Of a stretch of DNA of 64,000 bases, positions 43,121 to 57,000 are shown one piece after another. A program made the translations under genes and the position numbers. Origin of the DNA: Octopus vulgaris (Eukaryota); contig OX597823.1 in NCBI GenBank assembly GCA_951406725.2, positions 66,712,001-66,776,000 of the forward strand, given 5' to 3'. Every line of letters starts with the position of its first letter. The stretch's first letter is position 1. Under the pieces are notes generated by a model. It saw nothing but the letters and a program-made list of their open reading frames with translations. It made no database searches and was not told the origin of the DNA.

Positions 43121-43275
43121 TCCGTTGCAGCACCGCCATGAATATTATCGAATGAATCGACCCTGGTACTTATTCTTTTTAAAGCCTGGACACTTATTAT
43201 ATCGGACACTTTTGCCGAACCGCTAGAATAAGGAGACGCGAACACAACAACACCGGTTGTGAAGCGGGGGTGAAG
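43121..43275 (-). mobile_element. SINE family A 3' half
   Basis: TTCAGTCATT..TTTTGCCGAACCGCTA..ACACCGGTTGT. Confidence 0.75.
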
Positions 43276-43369
43276 GATCAAATATAGATACAAGACACAT
43301 GCACATACATTGATAGAACCCCCAGCTTGTATACATTTACATATATACATGTATATATTTATGTGTATG

Positions 43370-43418
<49 letters not shown>

Positions 43419-43513
43419 ATGTATATATACGTATATGTATGTATATATACTGTTGTAGGTAACTAGCTAGATAAATACACCCATACATACAGTTTTATAG
43501 ATATCAGTATATT

Positions 43514-43610
<97 letters not shown>

Positions 43611-43621
43611 GTGTATGTATG

Positions 43622-43670
<49 letters not shown>

Positions 43671-43863
43671 TTACGCATACATATATGTCTACGGTTAAAC
43701 ATACATATATACAAATGGTGGGAGATAGAGAAGACTGGGAAGCCATTTTAACAGCTTGAACGTATCGCATTCCTCTCTTGGCTGTGTTGTTATGTTAAAG
43801 TGGTTTATTAGTTTTTCAGTGTAACAGGAAAAGTCTAATGCATTTTATTTTTTTGTATTTCAG

Positions 43864-43985
43864 CTGCACAAGTATTCAACGCCAGAGTAAACAGGAAAGG
43901 ATGTTACCTTGATATCGGAACGTTTGTGTGAAATGGATGAAGCCCAACAAGAGCAAACAGATTTAGAATATCTATTACGCTAGAG
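43864..43985 (+). other. Candidate exon (non-coding or terminal)
   Basis: Strong acceptor TTTTATTTTTTTGTATTTCAG and donor GAG|GTAATG; all frames contain a stop. Confidence 0.4.
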
Positions 43986-44089
43986 GTAATGTCACTTTCT
44001 TATATAATCCAGCGTGATGAGCACGACAGGAATTGTATATGCGGGCGCGATTAGCTCATACACACACACATGCTATTAGTTATACAATA

Positions 44090-44158
<69 letters not shown>

Positions 44159-44176
44159 ATATATATATATCATATA

Positions 44177-44210
<34 letters not shown>

Positions 44211-44229
44211 GACTATATATCTATATTCA

Positions 44230-44281
<52 letters not shown>

Positions 44282-44325
44282 TATGTATATAACTACACTC
44301 ACACACATGAATATATATATATATG

Positions 44326-44366
<41 letters not shown>

Positions 44367-44631
44367 AATGCGTGTTAAAGTTTACTACAACTGTTTCAGA
44401 CGTATCTTTTATTGATGAACAAATGCATTATAACATGCAAAAAAACAGTTTTCTTCGGGTGAATAATGAGAAAGTTTAACACTTACAATTTCTCACAAAA
44501 TATAACATGATGTTAAATGGCACTACCAACCAGTTTACGTCAGAGAGGTTATGCTATACCCGGCTCTACACTGGTGCTCGTACTATTTACATACTTCATT
44601 CAATCGGATATTAGAAATCTTAGCCCCCCCC

Positions 44632-44662
<31 letters not shown>

Positions 44663-44667
<5 letters not shown>

Positions 44668-44818
44668 GTAATATAATATGTGACAATTATTCGGTTGCCG
44701 TAATAAGATTCAGAGTTTCGGGTGTCCTGACATGATGCCGGAACTGATTTCCGCCCCAACATCCGAAATTCGGAGTTTTATTATGGCAACCGAATAATTG
44801 TCAGATACATTACAGATA
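44663..44818. repeat. Palindromic MITE-like hairpin element
   Basis: 45 bp arms 44681-44725 and 44759-44803 (39/45 Watson-Crick) plus outer ATCTGTAAT/ATTACAGAT. Confidence 0.88.
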
Positions 44819-44882
44819 AATTCCTGTATTTACATAATATCGAGGTCTCATTCATTCTTTTATTGTCATACCATTACTATTA

Positions 44883-44918
<36 letters not shown>

Positions 44919-44959
44919 TTGTGTGTATGTGTGTGTGTACATATATATACATATACACA

Positions 44960-45311
44960 GTTCAATATTTAAAAGATGAGGAATTACGTACATTATTTAC
45001 AATTGACGGATATTTGTCCTCATCTTGTTTGTTGTTAACACAGCCTTTCGGCTGATATACCCTCCAGCCTTCATCAGATGTCTTGGAGAGATTTTAAAAC
45101 TGGGTTCTCATTCCTAAAATATTTTTTGTTGTTGTTATTATTATTATTATTATCTATTATTATTATTCAAGTCACTGCCTGGAACCGGACTAGGAATTTT
45201 GGGGTTAGTAGCCCGCGCTTTTAACCACTACGTCATATGCCCGTGTGCATATGGCGTAGTGGTTAACAACAAACAATATGAGGACAATATCTGTCAATTG
45301 TAAATAATGTA
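44960..45311 (-). mobile_element. tRNA-headed short element containing a hammerhead motif, with an inverted partial second copy
   Basis: Minus strand: A-box-like CGTAGTGGTTAA head, (AAT)n, CTGATGA-A-GGCTG..CAGCC-GAAA, tail; inverted head+tail copy at 45247-45311. Confidence 0.7.
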
Positions 45312-45357
45312 AATAGTGTATAGGCATATATATATACATATCTGTATATATGCAGAT

Positions 45358-45405
<48 letters not shown>

Positions 45406-45479
45406 GAATAATCGTCATGCACTCATTTCCAGTATCATAAAAGATAGCGGCGGCTGTTAACGTCAACCTTTTCGATATC

Positions 45480-46100
45480 CATGAATCTCTGTGAAATGTC
45501 TGTCTAGGAAAACTACTTTCGTGAAGTCAGATCTCCTTTCGGTTTGCACTTCGTTCTAATTCCTTGTTTAACTATTGCCTTTGAGGAATTTTATGAAAGG
45601 ATGTGAGGTCTTCTTTTAATGCATAAACCTTTAATCCCTTTATCCGTGTTTCTCACATAAATCTTTTGGCAAACATATCTATTTGGCTTTAGATTTCACG
45701 TGGATCTTTGATCTTCGCCCAGAATCCACATTTGCACAGTATAATGAAAGCGTTCTCTGTGACCCACAACTTATCAACTCTGATATCTCCCTAGTTTTCG
45801 TTTTGATACACTCATGCATCTTTCTATATAGCAACTTACTTGTCGTCACCTTTAATACTTTTCACTGTAATTCAGACAGTTGATAGCACACTTTATTTCT
45901 CCCTCTCCTTTCATACCGAAGCATCATCCATAGTCACTTTGTAGATCTTACGAATTTCTTCATTCGCTCCAAGGAAAATGTCCCCATTAATATCTTCTGA
46001 TGCTGTCTTGCAAGTTGCGTTTACTTCAACGGTGCAAAGACACAATCATTTCACATATGAATAAAATTATTTTGCACCACATTACCTGTAAATATGAAAG
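45480..46100 (-). mobile_element. Highly decayed LINE RT region (RTE-like)
   Basis: Remnants resembling K..NC.NY and CGF motifs in the expected order; purine-rich minus strand. Confidence 0.4.
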
Positions 46101-47076
46101 ATAGATATGGAACTATAGCCATCAAAGTTACCAATGCTAAGACTGAAACTCTCTGACAACCGCTCCTTACTATTCACAAAAATAGCCCCTCGTATTAATC
46201 TTAGAAAATAATTCATCTGTCAACAACAGCTATTTCATAACAGACTGGTGAAACCTATAATGAACTGCCTTCACATATGTGGAATGCTAGTGCTGATACA
46301 CTCTGATTTTGTACAAGATCCAGAGAAGGGTCCTTTAGGGCTGATTTGTATGGGATCGCTAGCCAACATATGCCAAGCTCTGGCCTTTCATATGATTCTT
46401 AGATTTCATGTTTCTCAGTCACAAAAATGATCTATCCATTCAATGCAGGCTAGCGTTTAGGTACATCCACTCAAGTTGACGAAAAACTAGTCTCTGCTCT
46501 TCATATCACATATATTGTGGCTATCTTCCAAGGCAGTACCCCAAAAATTACAGTCTCCGCCCAACTTTAGTACTCTGAAATGTTTTGTTACAAATACTCC
46601 CTTTAAAGTCATTCGTTGAAAACGCTCAAAGAAATATCTACTCTGTGAAACTCAGAGTTTATGACTGCAGATCGGTCGTTGTGGCCCAGTTGATAAGGAA
46701 ACACACTTATATGATTAAAAGCCTGGGTATTGGAAACACGAAACAAGTGGTTCTAAATTATTTTCGTTTTATATGTCTTTGTGGAAGGCCATGCGAGTAT
46801 GCGTCTCACCAGATTTCGTCAAAGCATATCTATATATGCTTAGTATATAAATGTGTGTGTGTGTGTGATATACATATATGAGCATGTCTAGACATGCAAC
46901 TTTATGCATGAGAATACATACATAAAACAAAACGTACAAGTCTGCATACATACATCTTGTTGATGTTGAAATTCCAATGAAGGAGCTTTGGTTCTAGTTT
47001 AGGAAACTGGCTCTTACTCTATTTGCAAGTAATATTGAAATAAAACTGAAAATGACGTAAATACGTACATTCATAT

Positions 47077-47392
47077 ATCACCGTGATCACCGTGACCAAC
47101 CAGACTATCAGATGTTGTTACACATCGCTGGTCACAATGCGCCTCGCATTGTTTTAGCCTTCAAATGACGCCACCCCGCTAGCTAAGCTAGAAGGCCAAC
47201 AGTAGAGAGAGTGAGAGAAAGTTGTGGCGAAAGAGTACAGCAGGGATCGCCACCATCACCCTGCCGGAGCCTCGTGGAGCTTTAGGTGTTTTCGCTCAAT
47301 AAACATTCACAACGCCCGGTCTGGGAATCGAAACCGCGATCCTACGACCACGAGTCCGCTGCCCTAACCACTAGGCCATTGCGCCTCCACAC
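47077..47392 (-). mobile_element. tRNA(Arg-like)-derived SINE family C, full length
   Basis: A box TGGCCTAGTGG, GGACTCG anticodon arm, B box GTTTCGATTCC, tail ending in (TCACGGTGA)x2-like repeats. Confidence 0.9.
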
Positions 47393-47726
<334 letters not shown>

Positions 47727-48149
47727 CACACAACTTATAAAGGTATTTTTTAATATGCTGGCTATTGATAGAATTTTTTTCAAAAATTTTATCCTATATT
47801 AGATGTAAATTTAATATATATATATGTGTGTGTATGTATATATATATATATATATATATACATACATACATACATACGTGCATGTATGCATAGTACATAC
47901 ATACATGCGTGCATGCATAGTGCATGCATACATGCGTGCATGCATACATACATACACACACACATATGATATCATGTGCTCCGAAGTGTCTCTATGTACA
48001 CTTGTAAGCTTTGTATATTTCTGTATCTCAGTTTTTGTCTCCACCCATTCACGATCTTTCTTACCCTTTGCGTTTTCTTTCGATCTAGGCCATCTTCTTC
48101 TCATTACGTAAACTCTATAATCTACTTACTGTTTCATACATAAACCGCC

Positions 48150-50050
48150 TTTCATGTTGAGATCGGGGCATTTGGACATAGGTATATCCATTGCTAACTA
48201 TCGTACATTTCTTCAATTATATATGTGATACGCGTCCTAAATAACTCCCTTTGATCATGAAGATTCTTCCTAATGCTGTATTTTTGAAGTTTGTGAGAGG
48301 ATTAGCAAGATTATGATTGCTATGTCATCTTCATCCATATATTAAAACGCTTCTTATTAGTCTTATTTCCAGTTTAATTTTCGTATGTATCGCCAATCTA
48401 TGTAATTTCCATCCATTTGAAAGCGTTTCGATTGCTTGATTTGCTTTATGAAATCGTTCATTAAATCCAGTTTCTAAAGATCCATCAGTTTGCGTAAAGG
48501 ATTCAAGATACTTAAAATTATTTCAGTCTTTTAGTATTTATTCCTTCAAGGATACATTTCTCCTATCCGGTTGCCTGGTCTACATAATTGAAGTTTTATT
48601 GGTGTATGGCTATTTCATCCAGCATTTATTTCACTCTGTGTGTTATTGATGTTTCATTACTAATCACAATGGTACCACCAGCATATTCAAAACCTGACAC
48701 ATACTTATATATATTAAAATTGTAGTTATAGTCTCCATGTTTCTTTCATGACATGGCTTGTCAGAACAGCAAAGAAATGCGGCGGTAGGGATCTTCCTGC
48801 ATCCAGCATTTATTTCACTCTGTGTGTTATTGATGTTTCATTACTAATCACAATGGTACCACCAGCATATTCAAAACCTGACACTTACTTATATATCGAC
48901 CGAAGGATGAAAGGCAAAGTCGACCTCGGCGGAATTTGAACTCAGAACGAAATACCGCTAAGCATTTCGCCCGGCGTGCTAACGTTTCTGCCAACTCATC
49001 AACCGTAAGTGGACAGTATGAAGTATTTTCAAAGTCTAAACACGCAATTGTATAGTGGAAATATCACACATTGTTGCATTATACAACTTATAGAAACGTT
49101 CGGGACCTGCAATCTCGCCTGAAAACTGCTGGTTTACTCCATAACATAGGTTTTAAATTAATCTGTATGCTTTTGGAATACATTAGATAGTATAGCACTC
49201 GGTGTTACACTTCTGCAACTTCCACTTTCCAAGAAATTACACTCACACTTTTAATTCTAGCCTTCAAGCATTTGATTCATATACTATTTCTTATAAATTA
49301 GTCTCAAAGCATTTACAATCAGTTTTAACAATATTTATCATTTCTCGAAAAATTCTACCAATTCTAAATCTGCTAATTTTAATTGCTTTCTGGGTTTTAT
49401 CATTTCGCCAAATGATATTTCTTTTACAACCAATTCAGGATTCCCTCATCATACATCTTTTAACAGAGCATTTCTCTAATTAAACGCATTGTTCATAACC
49501 GCTTAACATCTTTGAACTCTTTGCCCGGACTCATATATTATTTAATACGATTTGCTAATTATTTCCTACAGTGGGTAAATGATCTTTTTCAACAGTTTTC
49601 ACTAGCAGAAATGTTCTTTCATCTCTTTTTATCACCATTTTGGTTCTCTGTTAAGACCCTATCATTTAGCTATTTACATTTTTGGGTTCGTCTTATTTCC
49701 ATACGAACCTTCAATAATTCGCTTTCTCTCCATTCATGCTTCAGTAACTTGCTAGATTTCATCCAAAATGCATGTTCTTTCTTTATATATCTCTTCTACT
49801 GAGAACACCTTTGGCAGCGTTCTAAGGGACTTAGTTTACATCCTTTCATGTACCACTAATTTCTACATCATTATTCATAGCTTCAAACACTAAGAATCAA
49901 GTACAAATCAATCCTTTGACTTATGCTTAACAATCCAAGTAACCGTTTTATTTCGTTCTTACCACCCCAACTTCAACTGAATTAGTTCTATTACTAATTG
50001 ATGATATCTTTCAAAATCTGTACTTCGTCGACATCTAGCGAATCTTATCG
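48150..50050 (-). mobile_element. Decayed RTE-clade LINE interrupted by a SINE and a duplication
   Basis: FKYLES..DGSLE..HTKIKL..RSVLIYG, FEYAGG (degenerate YADD), RWKEHF-like remnant near 49615. Confidence 0.7.
48893..48997 (-). mobile_element. SINE family B, 3'-truncated
   Basis: GGATGAAAGGCAAAGTCGACCTCGGCGGAATTTGAACTCAGAACG. Confidence 0.9.
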
Positions 50051-51857
50051 TTCCCAACGATTAACATCCTACTAGCTCATGATACATATGTGCACACACA
50101 TATATCTATATCTATTTATCTACCTTTATATATATTTCCGAATTTGTGTAAATTTGTGTATATGAGTTGAATAATATTAAAATATGGTTTGGTTTTCGCC
50201 ATTTTTCTTGTGGTATTTAAAAAAAGAATTATCTTTTTTACAATCTTGAAGTGTTAAACATTAAAAATAGTTTGTAATGTTCATAAAAAATTAATTAACG
50301 CTTTCATACGTTCGTATAAATCGTCAGATTTCAAAATGTATTTAACTTGTTAGTTTGTGGTTCGGCTGCGGTTTTGGAGGGGTAGAAGAATATATTTTCT
50401 GGTGTAAAAAAAAAAAAACCCTGCAGTATGTCACAGTCAAGCGAGACAACTCCTTTCTACGAGCGACAGATTTCGATGTTTCGTTTACACACACACAGAC
50501 ACACAGACACACACACACACATTAAGTAGAACAGCAAGGAAAACAATTTTGCTGCTCTTGTCGTTTAGTTCTGTCAAATCTTCCATTATGACCGTCCCGC
50601 CTTTATTTTCAGACAGGGTGTTTTCTTAATATAATATGTACTGTATGACTTAATTTCTCAGGTTGACGGTAAAATGTGATGCCCTGCCATTCAACATATT
50701 TGGTATTTTACCTACATCAGCAACATTTATATACTATGTGCATTCTTGTATGACTGCGGGGTTCATTTGAGAGGTACGTAAGCTGTAAATTGGCGGATTC
50801 ATTAGACAGGAAAACCAAATGTTTTGCTTTATTTATGATTTCTGCTTTCAAATCCCACCGAACTAATTTTAGTTACGTGGGCCGATGACATAAAATACAA
50901 TTCCAGAGCTGACAACACATTCTTAGAATTCTTATAAATTCGGATGACATGTACTACGGCATTTCTTCTAGCCCGCCCTCCATTGAATTTTTGTAATTTG
51001 AGTTTAATATTTCATCCAGTGATTCACAACCAATGCATCACTGCCACCCCGAGTTTGAGAACGTTTAGTGGAATTCATTCTGTCAGAATGACTAGGGCTA
51101 AGCATAACCTATACCCCTTGGTTTAAGGATAACCTATACCCTTTGTCGTGCCCTCTGGTCTCTGTACAAATGTAAAGGTTCACATATATCATTGTCTCTG
51201 ACTAAATGTAAAATATTATAAGATCGAATGACCAGGTACATATGCCCATCTTCCTTCTTAGATACTGGTAATTTATTTCTTAAGAACGAGCTCGTCTAGT
51301 GCAGGCGTCTGTTTCGTTTTTGATTTGTTGATCCATACACAATGTACGAAAATATAAATGTGATTAACATCAAACGATATTTCTAGAGATAGTCTATTTA
51401 TGATCGTATACAATAAGTCTTTAGCAGTTCTAGCCATTTATACGGAAATGTAAGAGCAAATATTGTATGATAATACGTGAAAAACAAAAGCAATTTAATC
51501 TCAATATGTAAAGTAAAACGAAGAAATGGAACAAAGAACTAGCACACTTGAATAATATAAAATAGAATTTACTTTGTTCCTGTGACAGTATTTTTTTTTT
51601 AATTACGTACATCGTAACATCGTAACGTTATTTAAAGAAAATAAGTTAACAATAGCAACCGAAACAAAAGATAACTTGTCTGACCTAATTCTGTACATTT
51701 GAATATGTTATCTATATTTAAATCTTTTCATTTATCATAAAGCAAACATTTAAAGCTTCTTATAGACAGAGTATTATATATGTGTGAATGTATATGTGTG
51801 TGTATGTGTGTCTCTATATGTGTATATGAATACATATACAAACAATACATATGCACG

Positions 51858-51908
<51 letters not shown>

Positions 51909-53361
51909 TCACAAACACACGTATAAATATTACATTATCTAGGCATATACATGTGTGCGTGCCTGCGTGTGTATTTTTGTATATATATATATATATATGT
52001 ATGACGACCTACGCACATACATAATGCATTTTATAATAAAATTTCGTCAAGTTATCAGATTCCTGTAGCATAAGTTTGAGTAGAAAATGAACAGAGGGAA
52101 AATATCGATTTTCTATGTTTAGATCAGTGTCCGTATTGTTCAATGAAATCAATATGATTTGAATTCAGAAATACATACACACTAGCAAAAAAATGTGAAA
52201 TAGTAAATGCACCGTATCATTGAATATTGGCATCGATAAAAACCGATAATTCATGCTCTTTTAACCATTTTATTAAAACATTGTAAGTTAACTGTCTCAA
52301 GGGCATCTTTACGCTGAAGATGTGTTGTTTAATGCTGCATTTTAGTATTTGAAACTAAAGGAACAATGGTGGTGTTTTAAAGGCAAATCAACTCTAAACA
52401 TCTGTGCGTTTCACGTCATATCTTGCAGTAACAATGCATTGCTTTTTCTTTATTATAGTTAAAAAGCATTGCTTTCCTTGTGGTATTTATTGGTGAACAA
52501 AAGTGAATCTCCTTCATAGAATTTTGGTTATTATATTGGTGAGAAGGAAGAACAGTAGGAGAAAGAGGAGGATCACGCTTTTATATTGCATAAGTACTGA
52601 TGTAACACAAGATGTAAAAACTTTTGTTGAATTTTATCACAGCGATACATCTATTCTGTTATATAACTTCTGATGTTTACATTAGGTGCTGAAAATAAAT
52701 ATGCTATCATGACGTTAGAATTTTGTTTGCTTAGTTTTGTTTTGAAGTGCAATAGTGATTGGTTCTATATATTTTAGGAGCGTAATATTATTTTGTTCAA
52801 TGTTTGTAGCTGAGACTGAGTAAAATGTGCTTGGAAAAATTTCTTCATGATATATTATACCAAAAAAAATACAAACAACTTACGTAAAAATGTAAATAAG
52901 AAATGGACGATCAACTAGAAGTCCAAGTTATGATTTGTAAATGTGTAAACACTTTAATGGCAGAAAAGTGTAGACTCATAAACATGGACGAAATGTTTTC
53001 GTTGAGTGAAATATTTCAGCATTAGTAAGAACAGCAGAGATGTTTCTGTCATTGAAATTTGGACCTTGACCATTATAGGCACAATGCAGTTGACTATTAC
53101 TATAAACAAGCGGGCGATAATATGAACAGAAATAATGGAGTGGTGACTTAAAGGTTTTCCGTTAATCATTCTTCGAATATAATGCAGACCTTTCTTTACT
53201 GCCTGCATGTGAGTCACATTATATAATATAGTCCGTGCTGTACTATACCGTAGACCAGTTCAAAATGGTTGGGGTGTGACATTTTTATGTAGCTGAGAGA
53301 GACTTAAATAACAATAATAACATTAAAATTTGGGAATATTAATCATTTCTGCAAGGCTTCA

Positions 53362-53570
53362 AGCTGGCTGACGCGTTTGCAATCCTGGCAAAATACTTAG
53401 AAGCATTTCGCCCGTCCTTACTTTCTGAGTTCATATTCCACCGAGGTCGACTTTGCCTTTGATATTTCCGGAGATGTTACAATAGTTACCATTCGTGTAC
53501 TGCTGTCGATGTAGTCAACTTACTCTCTCTTCTGAAATTGCAGGCCCTGTGCCAAAATGTGAGACCAATA
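53362..53570 (+). mobile_element. SINE family B, degenerate
   Basis: TTCTGAGTTCATATTCCACCGAGGTCGACTTTGCCTTT. Confidence 0.78.
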
Positions 53571-54038
53571 TTAAATTTCCATCAGAAAGCCACTGTGATG
53601 GAGGAGATCAATATAGTTAATTTAATCGACTATAGTTAATAGAAACATGATATACATTTGTTTAAACAACCGCAGATGTAAATCACATATGTAAAATCTG
53701 TACTCTGAATGTAAACAGGTGAAACTTACTATTGTAAAGAAGTATAACATGGCTGTCTTCTAATAATTTTGTCATCTAATAATACCAGCAAAATGACGTA
53801 TATCCTGAATGCGCTGAACTGTCGAGAAAATACCCTCAGCATTACAGGGGTACTTTATCTCTCCAGAAGGCTGAAAGAAAGCTGACGATGCTGAGATTTC
53901 AGCTGAAATCAGAAAGGAAACTAAATGTCGCATGTCAGCGTGTATAAAACCTTTGAAGATTCTCCCAACATATTTTACATGTCAGTCAATGATATTATTA
54001 ATATAACTTGAATGAAATTAAACTTTATTTTCTAACAG

Positions 54039-54093
54039 ATTTAGGCACAATTTCGTTGCCGCAAAACGATTTGATACATCTACGGAGCAGGAT
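54039..54093 (+). other. Candidate 55 bp exon
   Basis: CTTTATTTTCTAACAG acceptor, GAT|GTGAGG donor, open as FRHNFVAAKRFDTSTEQD. Confidence 0.25.
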
Positions 54094-57000
54094 GTGAGGT
54101 TTAAACAGTGTGATATTTTCTATTGCAATAAATGAGTCTAAACTCTTGTTTTGATATCGGTAGATTTCATCGTCGTTTTCTTATCGTACGTAAAATCAAT
54201 GTAAGATGTCATGATTATTAGATATAATATTCAGAGGCAAGTCCTATCAGCCTTTTATTGCTCAGACTTTCTACCTATAGATAGGCATTGAGACTAACAA
54301 TATTTCAACATATTACGAATGAATCAAATTAAATGATTAATGCGTAAAGTTTACATTGTTTTGGATCTGTCTTATGCTTCATTTGTCTGGCTGCTGCCCC
54401 TTAGGGTATGTTACGTTTAGCAAGTTAATGCATTGTTGAGAAGCTTCTTCTAATGCACTGATGTATCGACGGACACAATAATAGATAATTTAATATATTT
54501 CTCCACAGTATATAATAAAGGTATCAATTTCAGGGGCATATAAATAGATGTCTATAGCTCAGACCGACGTTAAAATTGTATTAGTATTAAGACAAGATTT
54601 CTTTTCGGAGCAGAGGAGATATTCCTGGAAGATAAATTGTTAAACCTATTATGAACCCAATTGCATTAAAAAATATTAGTCCTCAATGCTTGCATTTCTA
54701 GGAGGAACAGTATATGCCACATCAGCTCATTCAAGTACGAGGAAATGTTCAAAGTATATCGGCAAATTTTGTATCCATTAAACTGTTCTTCCACTCAGAA
54801 GAAAGCATAGATTAGATAAAGAAAAACAGGGAACATATCGATTCTTGTGATTTTGAAAGGGTGCACTAGGACGACAAAGATATAAAAAAAACTTTTGAAC
54901 TCATCGATTCTTGTGATTTTGAAAACGAGTATTAGTTTTCATAATTTTATTATGATGGGAATCAATGCAAAATTTGATTTTTCAGAGCACAAATTCATTG
55001 ATCTCAATTTTGTACATTCTGTTTATCACCAAACAACAGGCGCTGAGTCAATGTTCTGATAACGAATTATGTAAAGTTGTTCAGAAGTATTTCTAATCGA
55101 TGTTAATACTAAACACGTTCGCAAATGAAAGCCTGTTAATTGACTACATTTTCCGTAATGTTAAATTGATGCGAGACGAACATCTATTTGGATAGCCTTT
55201 CTTTTGCAGTGAAGAAGGAATAGCAAATCAACTTGCATAAGAAATATTAATTGGTTAGATTGACATTAGGTTAGATTGCTTACATTGATAATTGGTTAGA
55301 TTGACGTTGAGGGAAATAAATCAAGATTTAGTCACAAGCCTTTGTCTGAAAAGAATTCTTTGTGATGAAAATATACTTTTATTCTCAGTAAATAAATATA
55401 ATTTTCATGCTTCTTTTGTTGTTAGTGAGCTTGAGGGAATAATGTACAACCATAGAACTTAATTAAATTTCATTAGAACATTAGTCACGTTTTCCTTTTT
55501 TTGTAGTTTATATGTATGTGTGTGTGTGCGTGTTTGTATGCACATATATATAATACACACACATATATACATATATACGTATGCATACATATTGTACGAA
55601 ATATATATATATATTGTTCGAAATCACCAGGGAATACTACATTGTTAAATTACTACATAAAGGTAACCATAATACCAGCGTTCATGACAGCAACTTCCAT
55701 TGTATTTTACCTGCTAATTGTGATAACACTATTTTGAGTATGTCTAAGTGTTTACTATTTAGAAAAATAACACTCCCAGATTCCGAAACCCACTTGTGTC
55801 TTAAACGAAATTTCAATAATAGAAGAGAGATTATATATTTTGCCGTACATCAATATCGTTTTCTTCATATATTTTAGCGAAGTATAGATAATTGTCACAT
55901 TGTTGTACAACAATTAATGTTTTATCTCTTCCTTTTCCAATAATTGTAGAATTCCTTTTCATTGTCTTCCGTTTTCAATTGTCAAGTGGACACTAGCCGA
56001 TTTTCCAATCTATAATCCTAAAAAAATGAAAACATTGATTTTAAAATGCTTAGGAAGAGAATTTTGGATCATTATTTACTCAAAATATTCTAGCCTTTGG
56101 CGTTCTTGTGTGATTTCATGGTATTTAAATAATTTTTGAATGAATTTAAACTGTTAACTATCTATATATTTACACATACGGTAAAAAACACCGCCTGAGT
56201 TACTGTTGTTGTTTCTGTTTCTGGAAGTATAATTCAGTTTATAAATAAAGCGATTCGGTTTGAGGCCGTAACAATTATTACTCCTTTAGTTTTATGACGC
56301 GTAAAATTATTCAGTGATTGCGACCTCAGTGGTATATCAGAATTCATATAGTAATTATCATTACTTTAGAAGTGTACATCAAATCTTAATAGTGTAAATC
56401 AAACCGTCCAATGCAACAAGGAATTTGAAAATCTAAGATTGATGTTTTTGTGATTTGACATTTTAAACGACTAAAAAATTCAGTTAGCACAATTCGAAAA
56501 ACGGAAATACAATTCCAATCACCGATATGATCACTGGTATTGTGAATCGATGCAATATTTCAAAAATATGGGGCACATGACTGGTTTTACCAAGACTTAA
56601 AGATTGATTTCAAAATGACATTTTTAATTTAATGTAACCAAACCAGCATATTTTTTATTAAAGTTGTATTTTACTGCAATGTTTTTGATATCTAAAACCA
56701 AAACTGCACTGATAGAGTAAGCTTATGACCATTATTTCCAAACCATACTATTTTCAGATTTAACATGTGTAGTATGACGCTACCCAATGCGGTTTGGCTT
56801 CTATAAAATGACTGAGCGGCATTTGATGCAATTTTTGAATATATTTCAATTGGAGCCAGTTTGGCGGTGACGTAGAAAAATCGTCTCATTTCGCTGTTCT
56901 TTTCGTAATTGCTTGAATGGTGAACATCAGAGCACTCTTGCATTAAAACGATGTTGTTTCAAGTAAACGAAAATAAAAAAATAACTATTTTGCAACAGCA

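Noticed and set aside
47320-47390. tRNA-Arg-like gene
   Set aside because: No proper acceptor stem and contiguous with a SINE body; it is a SINE head
54837-54925. 22 bp direct repeat ATCGATTCTTGTGATTTTGAAA with a spacer (CRISPR-like)
   Set aside because: Only two copies, eukaryotic context and no cas genes; a local duplication
56780-56835. CCAAT plus TATAAAA promoter-like arrangement
   Set aside because: Common in AT-rich DNA; spacing is too tight and no first exon is supported
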